Numbered from the stretch's first letter, positions 1 to 7,938 are shown. The stretch is DNA of 24,000 bases from Acaryochloris marina S15 (GCF_018336915.1 NZ_CP064923.1:456567-480566), one strand, 5' to 3'. The notes: a model not told the origin generated them from the letters alone. Numbers and translations are program-made.

Positions 1-3000
1 GTCCCGATCTACTCTCAATCGCTTTTGGTCCGGGGCGGCGATCCGCAGCGAAGCCTTTGTTGCCATCTGCGAGGCGGTAGGAGTCCCTTGGCAAGACGTG
101 GCTGAGCCGGAAGACAATCCTACAGATGAAGCAGCATCTGCGCCTTCTCTAACCCCGGCCAAACCGCCCAGCCTGACCCGGCAAGATTGGGGAGATGCCC
201 CCGCCATCAACGACTTTTATGGTCGCTTGCCTGAGCTGCAATTGATGAGTGACTGGATGCTCCAGGATCACTGTCGCTTGATTATGGTGTTGGGGATGGG
301 GGGAATGGGTAAAACGGCTTTAGCCGCCAACCTGTCCTATAGCCTGACCCAAGAGTTTGAGTGGGTAATCTGGCGTAGTCTTCGTAATGCCCCGTCTTTG
401 GAGCAGCTGCTGACGGAACTGATTCAGTTTTTTAGCTGTCAGCAAGAAACGGCGCAATTTCCCGACAACGAGCAGCGCCTGCGGCATTTGATGACCTATC
501 TACGCAATGCACGCTGTTTGATTGTCCTGGATAATGCCGAATCCATTTTGCAGGGGGGCGATCACCAGAGTCGATATTTAGCCGGGTATGAAGGCTATGG
601 AGAATTCTTTCGGTGGATCGGAGAAACGGCCCATCCAAGCTGTTTACTATTAACCTCCCGAGAGCAACCTCAAGGACTGATTGCCCAAGAAGGCTTAAAC
701 CTTCCGGTTCGATGCCTGCGTTTAGAAGGCTTGCCTTTAGGGGAAGGACGAGAGCTGTTTCAGACCAAAGGCCAATATGTAGCTCAGGAACAGGATTGGC
801 ACGTCGTTATCCAGCGCTATGCGGGCAATCCCCTTGCCATTAAAATCGTTGCTTCGGCTATCAGAGACTATTTTGACAGCGATATTGGCCAGTTTTTAGC
901 CTTTGTTCAGCAAGGCCCATTTATTTTTGACGATATTCGCGATCTGCTGGCTCGCCAGTTTGGACGGCTGACGGCCTGTGAGCAAGAAGTGATGTATTGG
1001 CTGGCCATTAATCGAGAGCCCCTCTCCTTTGCCGATCTCAAAGCGAATCTGGTTAAAAATGTAGCCCTCAATGACCTGATGCCTGTACTGGTGTCTTTGC
1101 AGCGTCGCTCCTTGATCGAAAAAACGAGAACTGGCTTTACTCAACAGCCCGTTGTCATGGAGTTTGTGACCCGGGAGCTGATTGAATGGGTCACCCAAGA
1201 GATGGTCGATGGGGCTCCTAATTTGCTCAGGACTCATGCATTGGTCCAAGCTCAAGCCCAGGACTATATTCGCCACGCCCAAGAGTCCCTGATTCTCCAG
1301 CCGATTACAAATAAACTGCTGGATTCACTGGGGACAAGAGCGACTATTGAATCCCATTGCCAGCAACTATTAGCGCCTTTACATGGACAGCCCTGCCAGG
1401 ATACGGCCTACATCGCCGGTAATATCTTGCATGTACTGCAGCGGCTAGAGATGGATTTAAGCGGCTATGATTTTTCGTCCCTAACGGTTTGGCAGGCCAA
1501 TTTGCAGGGTGAGAATCTTGCTCAAGTCAATTTTAAGAATGCCGATTTAAGTCGAACGGTCTTTACAGAGATTCTGGGCAATATTCTGGCGGCGACCTTC
1601 AGTCCTGATGGCAAGCTATTGGCCACCTGTGACAATAACTACAATATCCGGCTCTGGACAGTCAAAACGGGGCAGCAAGTCACCCTTTGCCAAGGCCATC
1701 AAAATTGGATTCGGGCCATTGCCTTCTCGCCCCAACCGTCGGAGATTCAAGGTGAAGGATATTTATTGGCTAGTGCCTGCGCCGATCACACCGTTAAGCT
1801 CTGGCAGGTGTCCACGGGTAGATGCTTACGGACTCTGGTGGACCATACCCATGAGGTCTTTTCTGTGGCCTTTAATCATGATGGCACCCTCCTCGCCAGT
1901 GGCAGTGGGGATGGTACCGCCAAACTCTGGCAAACCCATTCAGGACAATGTCTGCTGACCTGTGAAGGCCATCAAGGCTGGATTCGAGCTGTAGCAATGC
2001 CCCACCAACGTGGGTCTCAATCGGAGCAGCTCCCTCCCGCTGTAATGGTGACCGGCAGTGAAGATCAGACCATTAAAATTTGGGATCTGGCGACCGGTGA
2101 ATGTCTGCAAACGGGGAAAGGCCATCATGGACGGGTTCGTTCTGTCGCCTTTAGCCATGCCGGAGACTATCTGGCGAGCGGCAGCGATGACGGCACAGTT
2201 AAGCTGTGGGACCTCCAAACCGCCCTCTGTTTGCAAACCTACGAAGGACATCGGAGTGGAGTCTATTCGGTGGCGTTTAGTCCGACGGCTCCTATTTTGG
2301 CCAGTGGTAGCGGTGATCAAACCGTAAAGCTGTGGGATTGCCAAGCCGATCAGTGCTTGCGCACCCTACAGGGGCATACCAACCAGATTTTCTCCCTGGC
2401 CTTCCATCCCGATGGACAAACTCTGGCCTGTGTTACCCTCGACCAAACCGTACGGCTGTGGAATTGGCAAACCACCCAGTGCTTGAGAACCTGGGAAGGC
2501 CATACGGATTGGGCTTTGCCCGTGGCTTTTCATCCCCAGGGAAAACTGATTGCTAGCAGCAGCGGCGATTCCGTCATTCACCTATGGGACTGGCAGCAGC
2601 AAACCACTACTGTGACCCTGCGTGATCATCGTGCCGTCGTTCGGTCCCTTGCCTTTAGCGATGATGGCCAGTATCTGATTAGTGGCGGCACGGATCAGAC
2701 GGTTCGTATCTGGAACTGTCAAACGGGACGGTGTGAGCAAACCTTTTATGATCACCCAGATTGGGTATTTGCCGTTGCTTGGTCTTCTATCTCGGGACAA
2801 GAGGGCTGGTTTGCCAGTGGCGGTGGTGATCCAGATGTGCGCCTATGGTCTGTGGAAACGGGGCAATGTCAGCAGGTGCTGCAAGGGCACAGGGGGCAGG
2901 TCTGGTCGGTGGCCTTTAGTCCAGATCGTCAATCTTTAGCCAGCGGCAGTACTGATAAAACGGTGCGGCTCTGGGATGTGCAAACGGGTGAGTGTCTCAA

Positions 3001-3514
3001 GGTGTTGGAGGGACATGGCGATCGCATCTACTCCATCGCCTATCATCCTGATGGTCAGATCCTAGCCAGCGGCTCCCAAGACCATACCGTCAAACTTTGG
3101 CAAGTCGATACCGGAGAATGCCTGCAAACCTTGACAGACCATGAGAGCTGGATTTTTGCCGTTGTCTTTGGTCCGAGTGGTGCTGGCCAGCCCTCTATTT
3201 TGGCCTCTGGTTCGCACGATCACACGATTAAGCTGTGGGATATCCAAACGGGGGAATGCCTGAGAACCTTATGTGGCCATACTCAGTTGGTCTGTTCAGT
3301 GGCCTTCAGCCCTGATGGTCAATATCTTGTCAGTGGTTCTCAAGATCAGTCTGTGCGGGTGTGGGATATCCAGACTGGAGACTGTTTGACGGTATTGACG
3401 GCTCGGCTCTATGAAGGCATGGATATTACTGGTGCCCAAGGGTTAACCACTGCCCAGCGGATTACCTTGCAAACTTTGGGGGCGATTGATGGTCAGTTCC
3501 CATCAGCCGGATAA
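1..3514 (+). CDS. STAND NTPase (NB-ARC/AP-ATPase-like P-loop) with pentapeptide-repeat linker and 14 WD40 repeats; 5' end lies outside the window
   Basis: The track lists ORF 98-3514 (GTG start), but the same frame stays open back to base 2. That extra stretch encodes SRSTLNRFWSGAAIRSEAFVAICEAVGVPWQDV, an HTH-like segment of the kind found at N-termini of cyanobacterial WD40/TPR giants. Walker A GMGGMGKT (nt 293-316), Walker B-like CLIVLDNAES, GxP motif YAGNPLAIKIV. Pentapeptide run ANLQGENLAQVNFKNADLSRTVF. 14 x [LIV]W[DQNST] WD repeats. C-terminal LYEGMDITGAQGLTTAQRITLQTLGA tail. Confidence 0.92.
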   Translation, partial: SRSTLNRFWSGAAIRSEAFVAICEAVGVPWQDVAEPEDNPTDEAASAPSLTPAKPPSLTRQDWGDAPAINDFYGRLPELQLMSDWMLQDHCRLIMVLGMGGMGKTALAANLSYSLTQEFEWVIWRSLRNAPSLEQLLTELIQFFSCQQETAQFPDNEQRLRHLMTYLRNARCLIVLDNAESILQGGDHQSRYLAGYEGYGEFFRWIGETAHPSCLLLTSREQPQGLIAQEGLNLPVRCLRLEGLPLGEGRELFQTKGQYVAQEQDWHVVIQRYAGNPLAIKIVASAIRDYFDSDIGQFLAFVQQGPFIFDDIRDLLARQFGRLTACEQEVMYWLAINREPLSFADLKANLVKNVALNDLMPVLVSLQRRSLIEKTRTGFTQQPVVMEFVTRELIEWVTQEMVDGAPNLLRTHALVQAQAQDYIRHAQESLILQPITNKLLDSLGTRATIESHCQQLLAPLHGQPCQDTAYIAGNILHVLQRLEMDLSGYDFSSLTVWQANLQGENLAQVNFKNADLSRTVFTEILGNILAATFSPDGKLLATCDNNYNIRLWTVKTGQQVTLCQGHQNWIRAIAFSPQPSEIQGEGYLLASACADHTVKLWQVSTGRCLRTLVDHTHEVFSVAFNHDGTLLASGSGDGTAKLWQTHSGQCLLTCEGHQGWIRAVAMPHQRGSQSEQLPPAVMVTGSEDQTIKIWDLATGECLQTGKGHHGRVRSVAFSHAGDYLASGSDDGTVKLWDLQTALCLQTYEGHRSGVYSVAFSPTAPILASGSGDQTVKLWDCQADQCLRTLQGHTNQIFSLAFHPDGQTLACVTLDQTVRLWNWQTTQCLRTWEGHTDWALPVAFHPQGKLIASSSGDSVIHLWDWQQQTTTVTLRDHRAVVRSLAFSDDGQYLISGGTDQTVRIWNCQTGRCEQTFYDHPDWVFAVAWSSISGQEGWFASGGGDPDVRLWSVETGQCQQVLQGHRGQVWSVAFSPDRQSLASGSTDKTVRLWDVQTGECLKVLEGHGDRIYSIAYHPDGQILASGSQDHTVKLWQVDTGECLQTLTDHESWIFAVVFGPSGAGQPSILASGSHDHTIKLWDIQTGECLRTLCGHTQLVCSVAFSPDGQYLVSGSQDQSVRVWDIQTGDCLTVLTARLYEGMDITGAQGLTTAQRITLQTLGAIDGQFPSAG
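1571..3370 (+). repeat. Intragenic tandem array of 14 WD40 repeat units (about 120-145 nt each), enough for two 7-bladed propellers
   Basis: Recurring SPDG..LASGS.D.T[VI][KR]LW..-.TG.C..T..GH frame in the translation: LWTV, LWQV, LWQT, IWDL, LWDL, LWDC, LWNW, LWDW, IWNC, LWSV, LWDV, LWQV, LWDI, VWDI. Units are diverged at the DNA level. Confidence 0.85.
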
Positions 3515-3549
3515 TCTCATCTCTGAGGGTGGGGCTCCAATAGTTGCGG

Positions 3550-3996
3550 TCAAGATAGGGCTTTGACCTGTGCCCCGGTTAGTAAACTCAACCATGAGAC
3601 GAGAGCTTGCCCAGCTCGATCTGTTGTTAATTCACAACCGTAAATCATAATTTCGGTGGTGTTGGTCAAATAGGAGCGCCATTGCCGAACTTGATCAGCG
3701 TATGCCCAAAGGTTGTCTTCACCCAAGCAGGTGCTGCCGATTTGTAATCGTCCTGACTCTCCATTGCAAATCAAATGTAGGCTGGCCCAATCTGGAGATT
3801 GACTCAATACGGATTTGATTTGAGCAATGCCATCGGTTTGTTTATTCAACACATGCACTTCCATCCCTAGAAGGGGACTGGCTAGCAAATATTGATAATT
3901 CTGAACAGCAGCATCAACAATCACTAGGGTTGATGCAGTTAGGGATAGATCAGCGCTAGGAGGAGAATTGGGTGGGGGGGATTGAACGCTAGACAT
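3550..3996 (-). CDS. Stand-alone DUF4347-like domain protein (148 aa)
   Basis: ATG at 3996. The pattern LVIVDAAVQNYQYLLA...VHVLNKQTDGIAQIKSVL...ASLHLICNGESGRLQIGSTCL...QVRQWRSYL....IMIYGCELTTDRAGQALVSWLSLLTGAQV matches my memory of the DUF4347 head domain that normally starts very large repeat/adhesin-type exoproteins. Here the ORF stops right at the domain end, 35 nt from the convergent WD40 gene. Confidence 0.7.
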   Translation of the reverse strand: MSSVQSPPPNSPPSADLSLTASTLVIVDAAVQNYQYLLASPLLGMEVHVLNKQTDGIAQIKSVLSQSPDWASLHLICNGESGRLQIGSTCLGEDNLWAYADQVRQWRSYLTNTTEIMIYGCELTTDRAGQALVSWLSLLTGAQVKALS

Positions 3997-4010
3997 AGCT
4001 GGTTCCCGGT

Positions 4011-4246
4011 CAATGCAGAAATAGCTAATTCTGAGAGAGTGCAGTATTAAATGCAGATATCACAATTTTTAGAATACCGAGGCTGACAGGAAACATTGCC
4101 TCACTTTTGTCTCAGTTTTTCCCAGTTGCCTCGATATCTCTCTACAGCCTTAAAAATAACGAATTTAATCTATTTTGATAAAAAAATAGAAAATGATTGA
4201 ATTTAGTCGGGCATACTGCGTTTAAAGCAAAATATTTCTGCATTTA
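4011..4246. promoter_or_regulatory. Three copies of an AATGCAGA(A/T)AT motif in the divergent promoter region (candidate operator)
   Basis: cAATGCAGAAATAg at 4011-4023 and aAATGCAGATATc at 4048-4061, both on the + strand. ATATTTCTGCATTT at 4233-4246 is the reverse complement of AAATGCAGAAATAT. All lie in the AT-rich 305-bp gap between divergent genes 3550-3996(-) and 4302-4910(+). Confidence 0.25.
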
Positions 4247-4301
4247 GTTCACTGGCTTGTGAAAGTCTGGATGAACACCTCAAGTACTACGGGAGAGGCT
4301 T

Positions 4302-4910
4302 ATGTCTGCCAAACAATGGGTTTCGCGAAATTTAAGTCTGGGTGGTTTGATTCGCAATACTGGTAATGCTGCTGGTACCGTAGCGAATATTGGCCTTCAT
4401 GGGCTGGGTGTAGTTGCAGAAGCTACAGCCAAGGCAGCAGGGAATCCGCATCATCAAACTATTGGCAAGTCTCTTAAAGTAACAGGAGCAGTGGTAAATA
4501 TTGCACTGACGAAAACAGGCGAGGGAGCTGGATTTGTTGCTAATAAAGCGACAGAGTATGCAGGGGCTGCGGGAGGAAGTGCAGCGGCTTTTGGTGCTCA
4601 AGTTGTAGGTGCCCAACCCGATACTGTGGCTACTGCAAAAAAAGTGGGAACGGTTGTTGGAGCAGCAACGGTTGGAGCGGTTGCTGGAGTAGGACTTGCT
4701 GAAGCAGCAGTAGCAATGGCGGCTGTGTCAGGAACGACTGGAGCAGCTGCTACTTCCAGTGGTCTTGCTGCAATAGGGGGTGGTAGCCTGGCATCCGGTG
4801 GCGGAGGCATGGCGGCAGGACAAGCCATTACACAAAGTATTGTGGCAACCAGTACCACAGCAGGAGTCATTGGGAAGGACAAGGAAGGCACCTTAGGTTC
4901 TGATGCCTAA
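4302..4910 (+). CDS. Orphan Gly/Ala-rich low-complexity protein (202 aa), possible glycine-zipper/membrane-active protein
   Basis: ATG preceded by GGGAGAGG (SD-like). By my count 38 Gly and 46 Ala of 202 residues, with no Cys. The C-terminal half is hydrophobic with small-xxx-small runs (VGTVVGAATVGAVAGVGLAEAAVAMAAVSG...GGGSLASGGGGMAAG). I recognise no family. Confidence 0.72.
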   Translation: MSAKQWVSRNLSLGGLIRNTGNAAGTVANIGLHGLGVVAEATAKAAGNPHHQTIGKSLKVTGAVVNIALTKTGEGAGFVANKATEYAGAAGGSAAAFGAQVVGAQPDTVATAKKVGTVVGAATVGAVAGVGLAEAAVAMAAVSGTTGAAATSSGLAAIGGGSLASGGGGMAAGQAITQSIVATSTTAGVIGKDKEGTLGSDA

Positions 4911-4952
4911 CGCGAAGCGCTCATCCATATTTTGCTTTGGGATGTTTTAAAG

Positions 4953-4967
4953 CCTACATTCAGCAGG
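4953..4967. repeat. IS left-hand terminal inverted repeat (core)
   Basis: CCTACATTCAGCAGG, compared with CCGACATTCAGCAGG, the reverse complement of 6703-6717. 14 of 15 positions are identical. Confidence 0.7.
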
Positions 4968-4971
4968 CTAG

Positions 4972-6654
4972 CTAGCAGAGCAGATAATATTTTTTACAGC
5001 CCTTCCCAAGGAACGGCAAGATAAGTTGCTGCCTGCTGTTGAGCTTGATGAGATGCTTGGCACCATCAAGCCAAACTAAATGGACGGCCTGAAAGCATTG
5101 GAGAATCCAACGTAACGTAGGTTTCATAGTTTGTTTCCCCTTCTGATTAGGGAGAGTTGTTTGTACTTGTTCTAGTGCATTTCTTAACTGTCGTTGTCCT
5201 AAGCTGTAGACCATCAAACACAAGGCCATGATCATGGCTAAGGCAGCGATACGCCGAGGTGTCTTCAGGAAAACACTAGAGGCAAAGAAGAGTGGATCTT
5301 TGATAAAGCGAAAGCCTCCTTCACACGCCTGCTGGTTCTTATACTCGCGCAGAATATCATCATTGCTCCATTGCTCTTGTTCCAAGAGATTGGTGGCTAA
5401 GATGAAACGACCTGCTTGCCGCCGATAGCGTTCGATGACTGGCTCATTGAGGGTTAAGGTAGCCTCAATAGAATAGGTGTAGTGAGTCACAACCGTTGCT
5501 TTTGTCGGTCGTCCAGCCTTTGAATAATGAGGTTTTTTGTGGATTTTGAGATCGTCAAGGGTGTGATACCTGAGGATTTTGCCAAAATCTTGGGCTGCAG
5601 CTAAAGCATCTGCAGGGCACAAGAAGGTCTGTTTGCAGAGGGTTTTAAGTGCAGTAGTTTTTTGGCTAAACGCCTGATCAATCCGCTTTTGCACTTGTTT
5701 GAGTCCAGAGTCTCTGCGAGCTTTACTTTCAACCACCAGCCACCGTTGTTGAATCTCTCCATAGGTACTACATACTTCGACAAAGCTATAGCCGTTGAGA
5801 GCACTGGGGTGAAACTGTGAACCCGGCAGCCCTTGTAATAAGTCTTGGGCTGCCGTTGAACTTGCTGGAACTCGGCTAATCCAAGATGTACTTCCTAATG
5901 CTTGCAGATTGTCGGCACTGTAGAGGGCACTATCAGCAACAATCACCTCTGGCTGTTGCTGACTCCACTGTTGCTTAAATTCATGGATGATAGGCACAAA
6001 CGTACTTTTGTCCGCATCATTACCGTTGCCCACTTGTAAAAATAAAGGAATACCCCCGTCCCCACTCACCAGTAGGTTCAATACAAACTGCTTGAGATCA
6101 CGACGATTGTCCCGTGAGTAGCCGTAGGTGATTTTCACGGGTATCGGCTCCTCTGATTCAGCCAGTGCAGGGGAGGGGGACTCAGGTGCAGAGGGGGATT
6201 CGTCTGACGCCTCAACCTGTGGTTTATCTAAGTATTGCCCCTCAACACTAAGGCTTGTCGCATCTAGATGCGCACACCTTAGAGCTACATCGAATTTCTG
6301 AACGACTGCCATTGCCACATGGATAAATATCTGGGTCACACCATAGGCATAGAGCTTGTCGAGGACTCGACCGATACGGGTATCGTTGAGGTGCTCTGGC
6401 AGTACACCTTGACCGAGTAAGTGCTCGGTTGCTTTGCTTTCGAAAAACTCACTAAATAAGTACAATGGAGCACTCAAAAAGCCCATACCATTTAGAATCA
6501 GGGCTTTGACAACTTGACCACAACTAACATTCTCTTGCTCGTGAGTACCTAATAATCGATCCACTATTTCGACAATGCCGATCTCATCGACGATACCGGC
6601 AATAATACCGAGATGGTCAATATCCTGAACGTCTATCTCTTGAGGTGAATACAT
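4972..6654 (-). CDS. IS1634-family DDE transposase (560 aa)
   Basis: The N-terminus DIDHLGIIAGIVDEIGIVEIVDRLLG...VSCGQVVKALILNGMGF is the DUF4277-type head typical of IS1634/IS4 transposases. A long DDE-type body follows (AHLDATSLSVEG..., VIVADSALYS...). The ORF is intact. Confidence 0.93.
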   Translation of the reverse strand: MYSPQEIDVQDIDHLGIIAGIVDEIGIVEIVDRLLGTHEQENVSCGQVVKALILNGMGFLSAPLYLFSEFFESKATEHLLGQGVLPEHLNDTRIGRVLDKLYAYGVTQIFIHVAMAVVQKFDVALRCAHLDATSLSVEGQYLDKPQVEASDESPSAPESPSPALAESEEPIPVKITYGYSRDNRRDLKQFVLNLLVSGDGGIPLFLQVGNGNDADKSTFVPIIHEFKQQWSQQQPEVIVADSALYSADNLQALGSTSWISRVPASSTAAQDLLQGLPGSQFHPSALNGYSFVEVCSTYGEIQQRWLVVESKARRDSGLKQVQKRIDQAFSQKTTALKTLCKQTFLCPADALAAAQDFGKILRYHTLDDLKIHKKPHYSKAGRPTKATVVTHYTYSIEATLTLNEPVIERYRRQAGRFILATNLLEQEQWSNDDILREYKNQQACEGGFRFIKDPLFFASSVFLKTPRRIAALAMIMALCLMVYSLGQRQLRNALEQVQTTLPNQKGKQTMKPTLRWILQCFQAVHLVWLDGAKHLIKLNSRQQLILPFLGKGCKKYYLLC

Positions 6655-6702
6655 GGACTTGCGTTGAGAGACAACCTCAAAATTATCCCTTGATGGTTAG
6701 TA

Positions 6703-6717
6703 CCTGCTGAATGTCGG
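6703..6717. repeat. IS right-hand terminal inverted repeat (core)
   Basis: CCTGCTGAATGTCGG is the reverse-complement partner of 4953-4967. Confidence 0.7.
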
Positions 6718-7641
6718 TTAAATGTTTTCAGATGGAGAATTCTGAGGCGGTATTACTGGGGAAAATTCTCCAAACTTCCATCGTAGTGGGCAAGCATGGC
6801 GAATCATCCTCACCTGCTCAATCGTGAAACTGACGAGGCACTGGGCTCCATTGAAGGGCTGCTGACGAGGGTCGTCCCACAACAGCTCCGCCTTGCCGGT
6901 CAATTGCAGCGTATGACCTTGATCAAAATCTAAGATCAGCAGTCCGACTTGAGGGTTGACAGCAATATTCCCGAAAGACTGAAACATATTATTGCCTTTG
7001 AAATCGGGGAAGAGGAGGTGATTCGCATTCACTACCTGCAAGACCCCTGGTAAACCTCCTCGATGGGAGATATCAGCTCCTTTCTCTGGGTGGGCCGTAG
7101 CAATAAAAAACGTATCTGTATGGGTGATCCAGTTTTGCTGATCGGAGGATAGGTTTGATGTAGATGCTGCAGGGGTAGAGGCTGGCCTGTCACTGGGGTC
7201 AGAAAGCAAATAGCGGGTTTGGATGTATTTCGGGCAGTTGAAAAAGACTTGCTGGGCCTGAAGTTGTATTCCTTGTTCACTCACTTGTTGAGCGTAGCCA
7301 TTGACCCGTAGACGACGGCGAGCCGCTAAATCTAGGGTCAGTAGACCCATAGTGGGATTGGTGTGCAGATTTTGGATGAGTTGTGAATCCATTGTGGAGA
7401 TAGGATTCACGTTGAGAGTCTGGTCACTGGTCACGGTTAGAAAGCCGGGTGGACCTGTGATCAGAGACGCCCATAGGTTACCACTGGGGTCAATCGAACT
7501 TGCGATCGCAAATGGTCTAGGCAGCAAAAATTCAGTCGATGCTGGTTCAAATCCTTGTTTGAGAGCACCGGATACTCGTTGAGCGGCGGCCTCAACCCCT
7601 GCTTGCTTTTGAACGGCCAGTTCTCCCTCATGAAAGGGCAT
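6718..7641 (-). CDS. Pyridoxamine 5'-phosphate oxidase-related FMN-binding protein (two split-barrel halves, 307 aa)
   Basis: MPFHEGELAVQKQAGV... is the characteristic N-terminus of this family. Later motifs include FFIATAHPEKGADISHRGGLPG and FPDFKGNNMFQSFGNIAVNPQVGLL. I chose the start at ATG 7641 because GGAG sits 7 nt upstream. The track ORF runs to 7740, but those 33 extra residues look non-homologous. Confidence 0.85.
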   Translation of the reverse strand: MPFHEGELAVQKQAGVEAAAQRVSGALKQGFEPASTEFLLPRPFAIASSIDPSGNLWASLITGPPGFLTVTSDQTLNVNPISTMDSQLIQNLHTNPTMGLLTLDLAARRRLRVNGYAQQVSEQGIQLQAQQVFFNCPKYIQTRYLLSDPSDRPASTPAASTSNLSSDQQNWITHTDTFFIATAHPEKGADISHRGGLPGVLQVVNANHLLFPDFKGNNMFQSFGNIAVNPQVGLLILDFDQGHTLQLTGKAELLWDDPRQQPFNGAQCLVSFTIEQVRMIRHACPLRWKFGEFSPVIPPQNSPSENI

Positions 7642-7938
7642 AGTCAGCTCCTGAACGAGATATATGGATAGCACCCGACATCCCCACCTATTCGGTTCAG
7701 ATGGTTGGTGAATTCCCTCCAGCATGAGAGGAATCATCAACAGGAGCCGTCAGCCAAGGCAATGGTCTAAGGCTAGCCAGACTTTTCTGATTCTTGATAG
7801 TCAAAATTAAAGCAATGTCCCCAAGATATCTATTTTTCATATCATTTTGAAATAGCACCAAAATGAGACGTAAATAAACTCTAGGGGAAGGAAAGAAGAG
7901 GTAAGGATATAAGCTGGTGCTGAAGAGGGTTAGAGGGC

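Larger units (their letters stand above)
4952..6717 (-). mobile_element. IS1634-family (IS4-like) insertion sequence, about 1.77 kb, single transposase ORF
   Basis: Transposase ORF flanked by imperfect terminal inverted repeats sharing a perfect 12-bp core: ACATTCAGCAGG at 4956-4967, and its reverse complement CCTGCTGAATGT at 6703-6714. A further subterminal match (GATAAT) lies at equal offset. Putative 5-bp target duplication TTAAA at 4947-4951 and 6718-6722. Exact ends are uncertain by a few bp. Confidence 0.85.

Noticed and set aside
432-3247. Many 60-134 aa ORFs inside or antisense to the WD40 gene (e.g. 896-1282 minus, 1940-2344 minus, 1608-1958 plus).
   Set aside because: All are fully embedded in a long ORF with clear domain content. 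Their translations are Arg/Pro/Ser-rich with no motifs, which is typical off-frame noise.
1571-3370. Whether the WD40 repeat DNA is a CRISPR-like or hypervariable, concerted-evolution repeat array.
   Set aside because: The units lie in one reading frame and encode canonical WD blades. By eye, neighbouring units are diverged at the nucleotide level with no near-identical repeats or spacers. There is no evidence here for cassette shuffling.
4302-4346. MSAKQWVSRNLSLGG read as a double-glycine bacteriocin leader.
   Set aside because: The conserved hydrophobic -4/-7/-12 and acidic -8 positions of double-glycine leaders are not matched. No C39-peptidase ABC exporter is nearby. I kept it only as a remote possibility.
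4332-4891. Antisense ORFs 4332-4616 and 4598-4891 (94 and 97 aa, the latter Pro/Ala-rich).
   Set aside because: They mirror the GCN/GGN-rich sense frame, and antisense of Ala/Gly codons is open by composition. There is no start context. The sense ORF has an SD and a coherent protein.
6718-6728. The IS insertion having truncated the PNPOx-like gene by about 15 codons (7-bp ATGTTTT duplication model).
   Set aside because: The 5-bp TTAAA duplication directly abuts the inverted repeats and leaves the native stop intact, which is more parsimonious. This cannot be settled without an empty site or other IS copies.
7642-7740. A 33-residue N-terminal extension of the flavoprotein ORF (track start 7740).
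   Set aside because: The family N-terminus MPFHEGELAVQ starts at 7641 with GGAG 7 nt upstream. The extension has no homology-like features.
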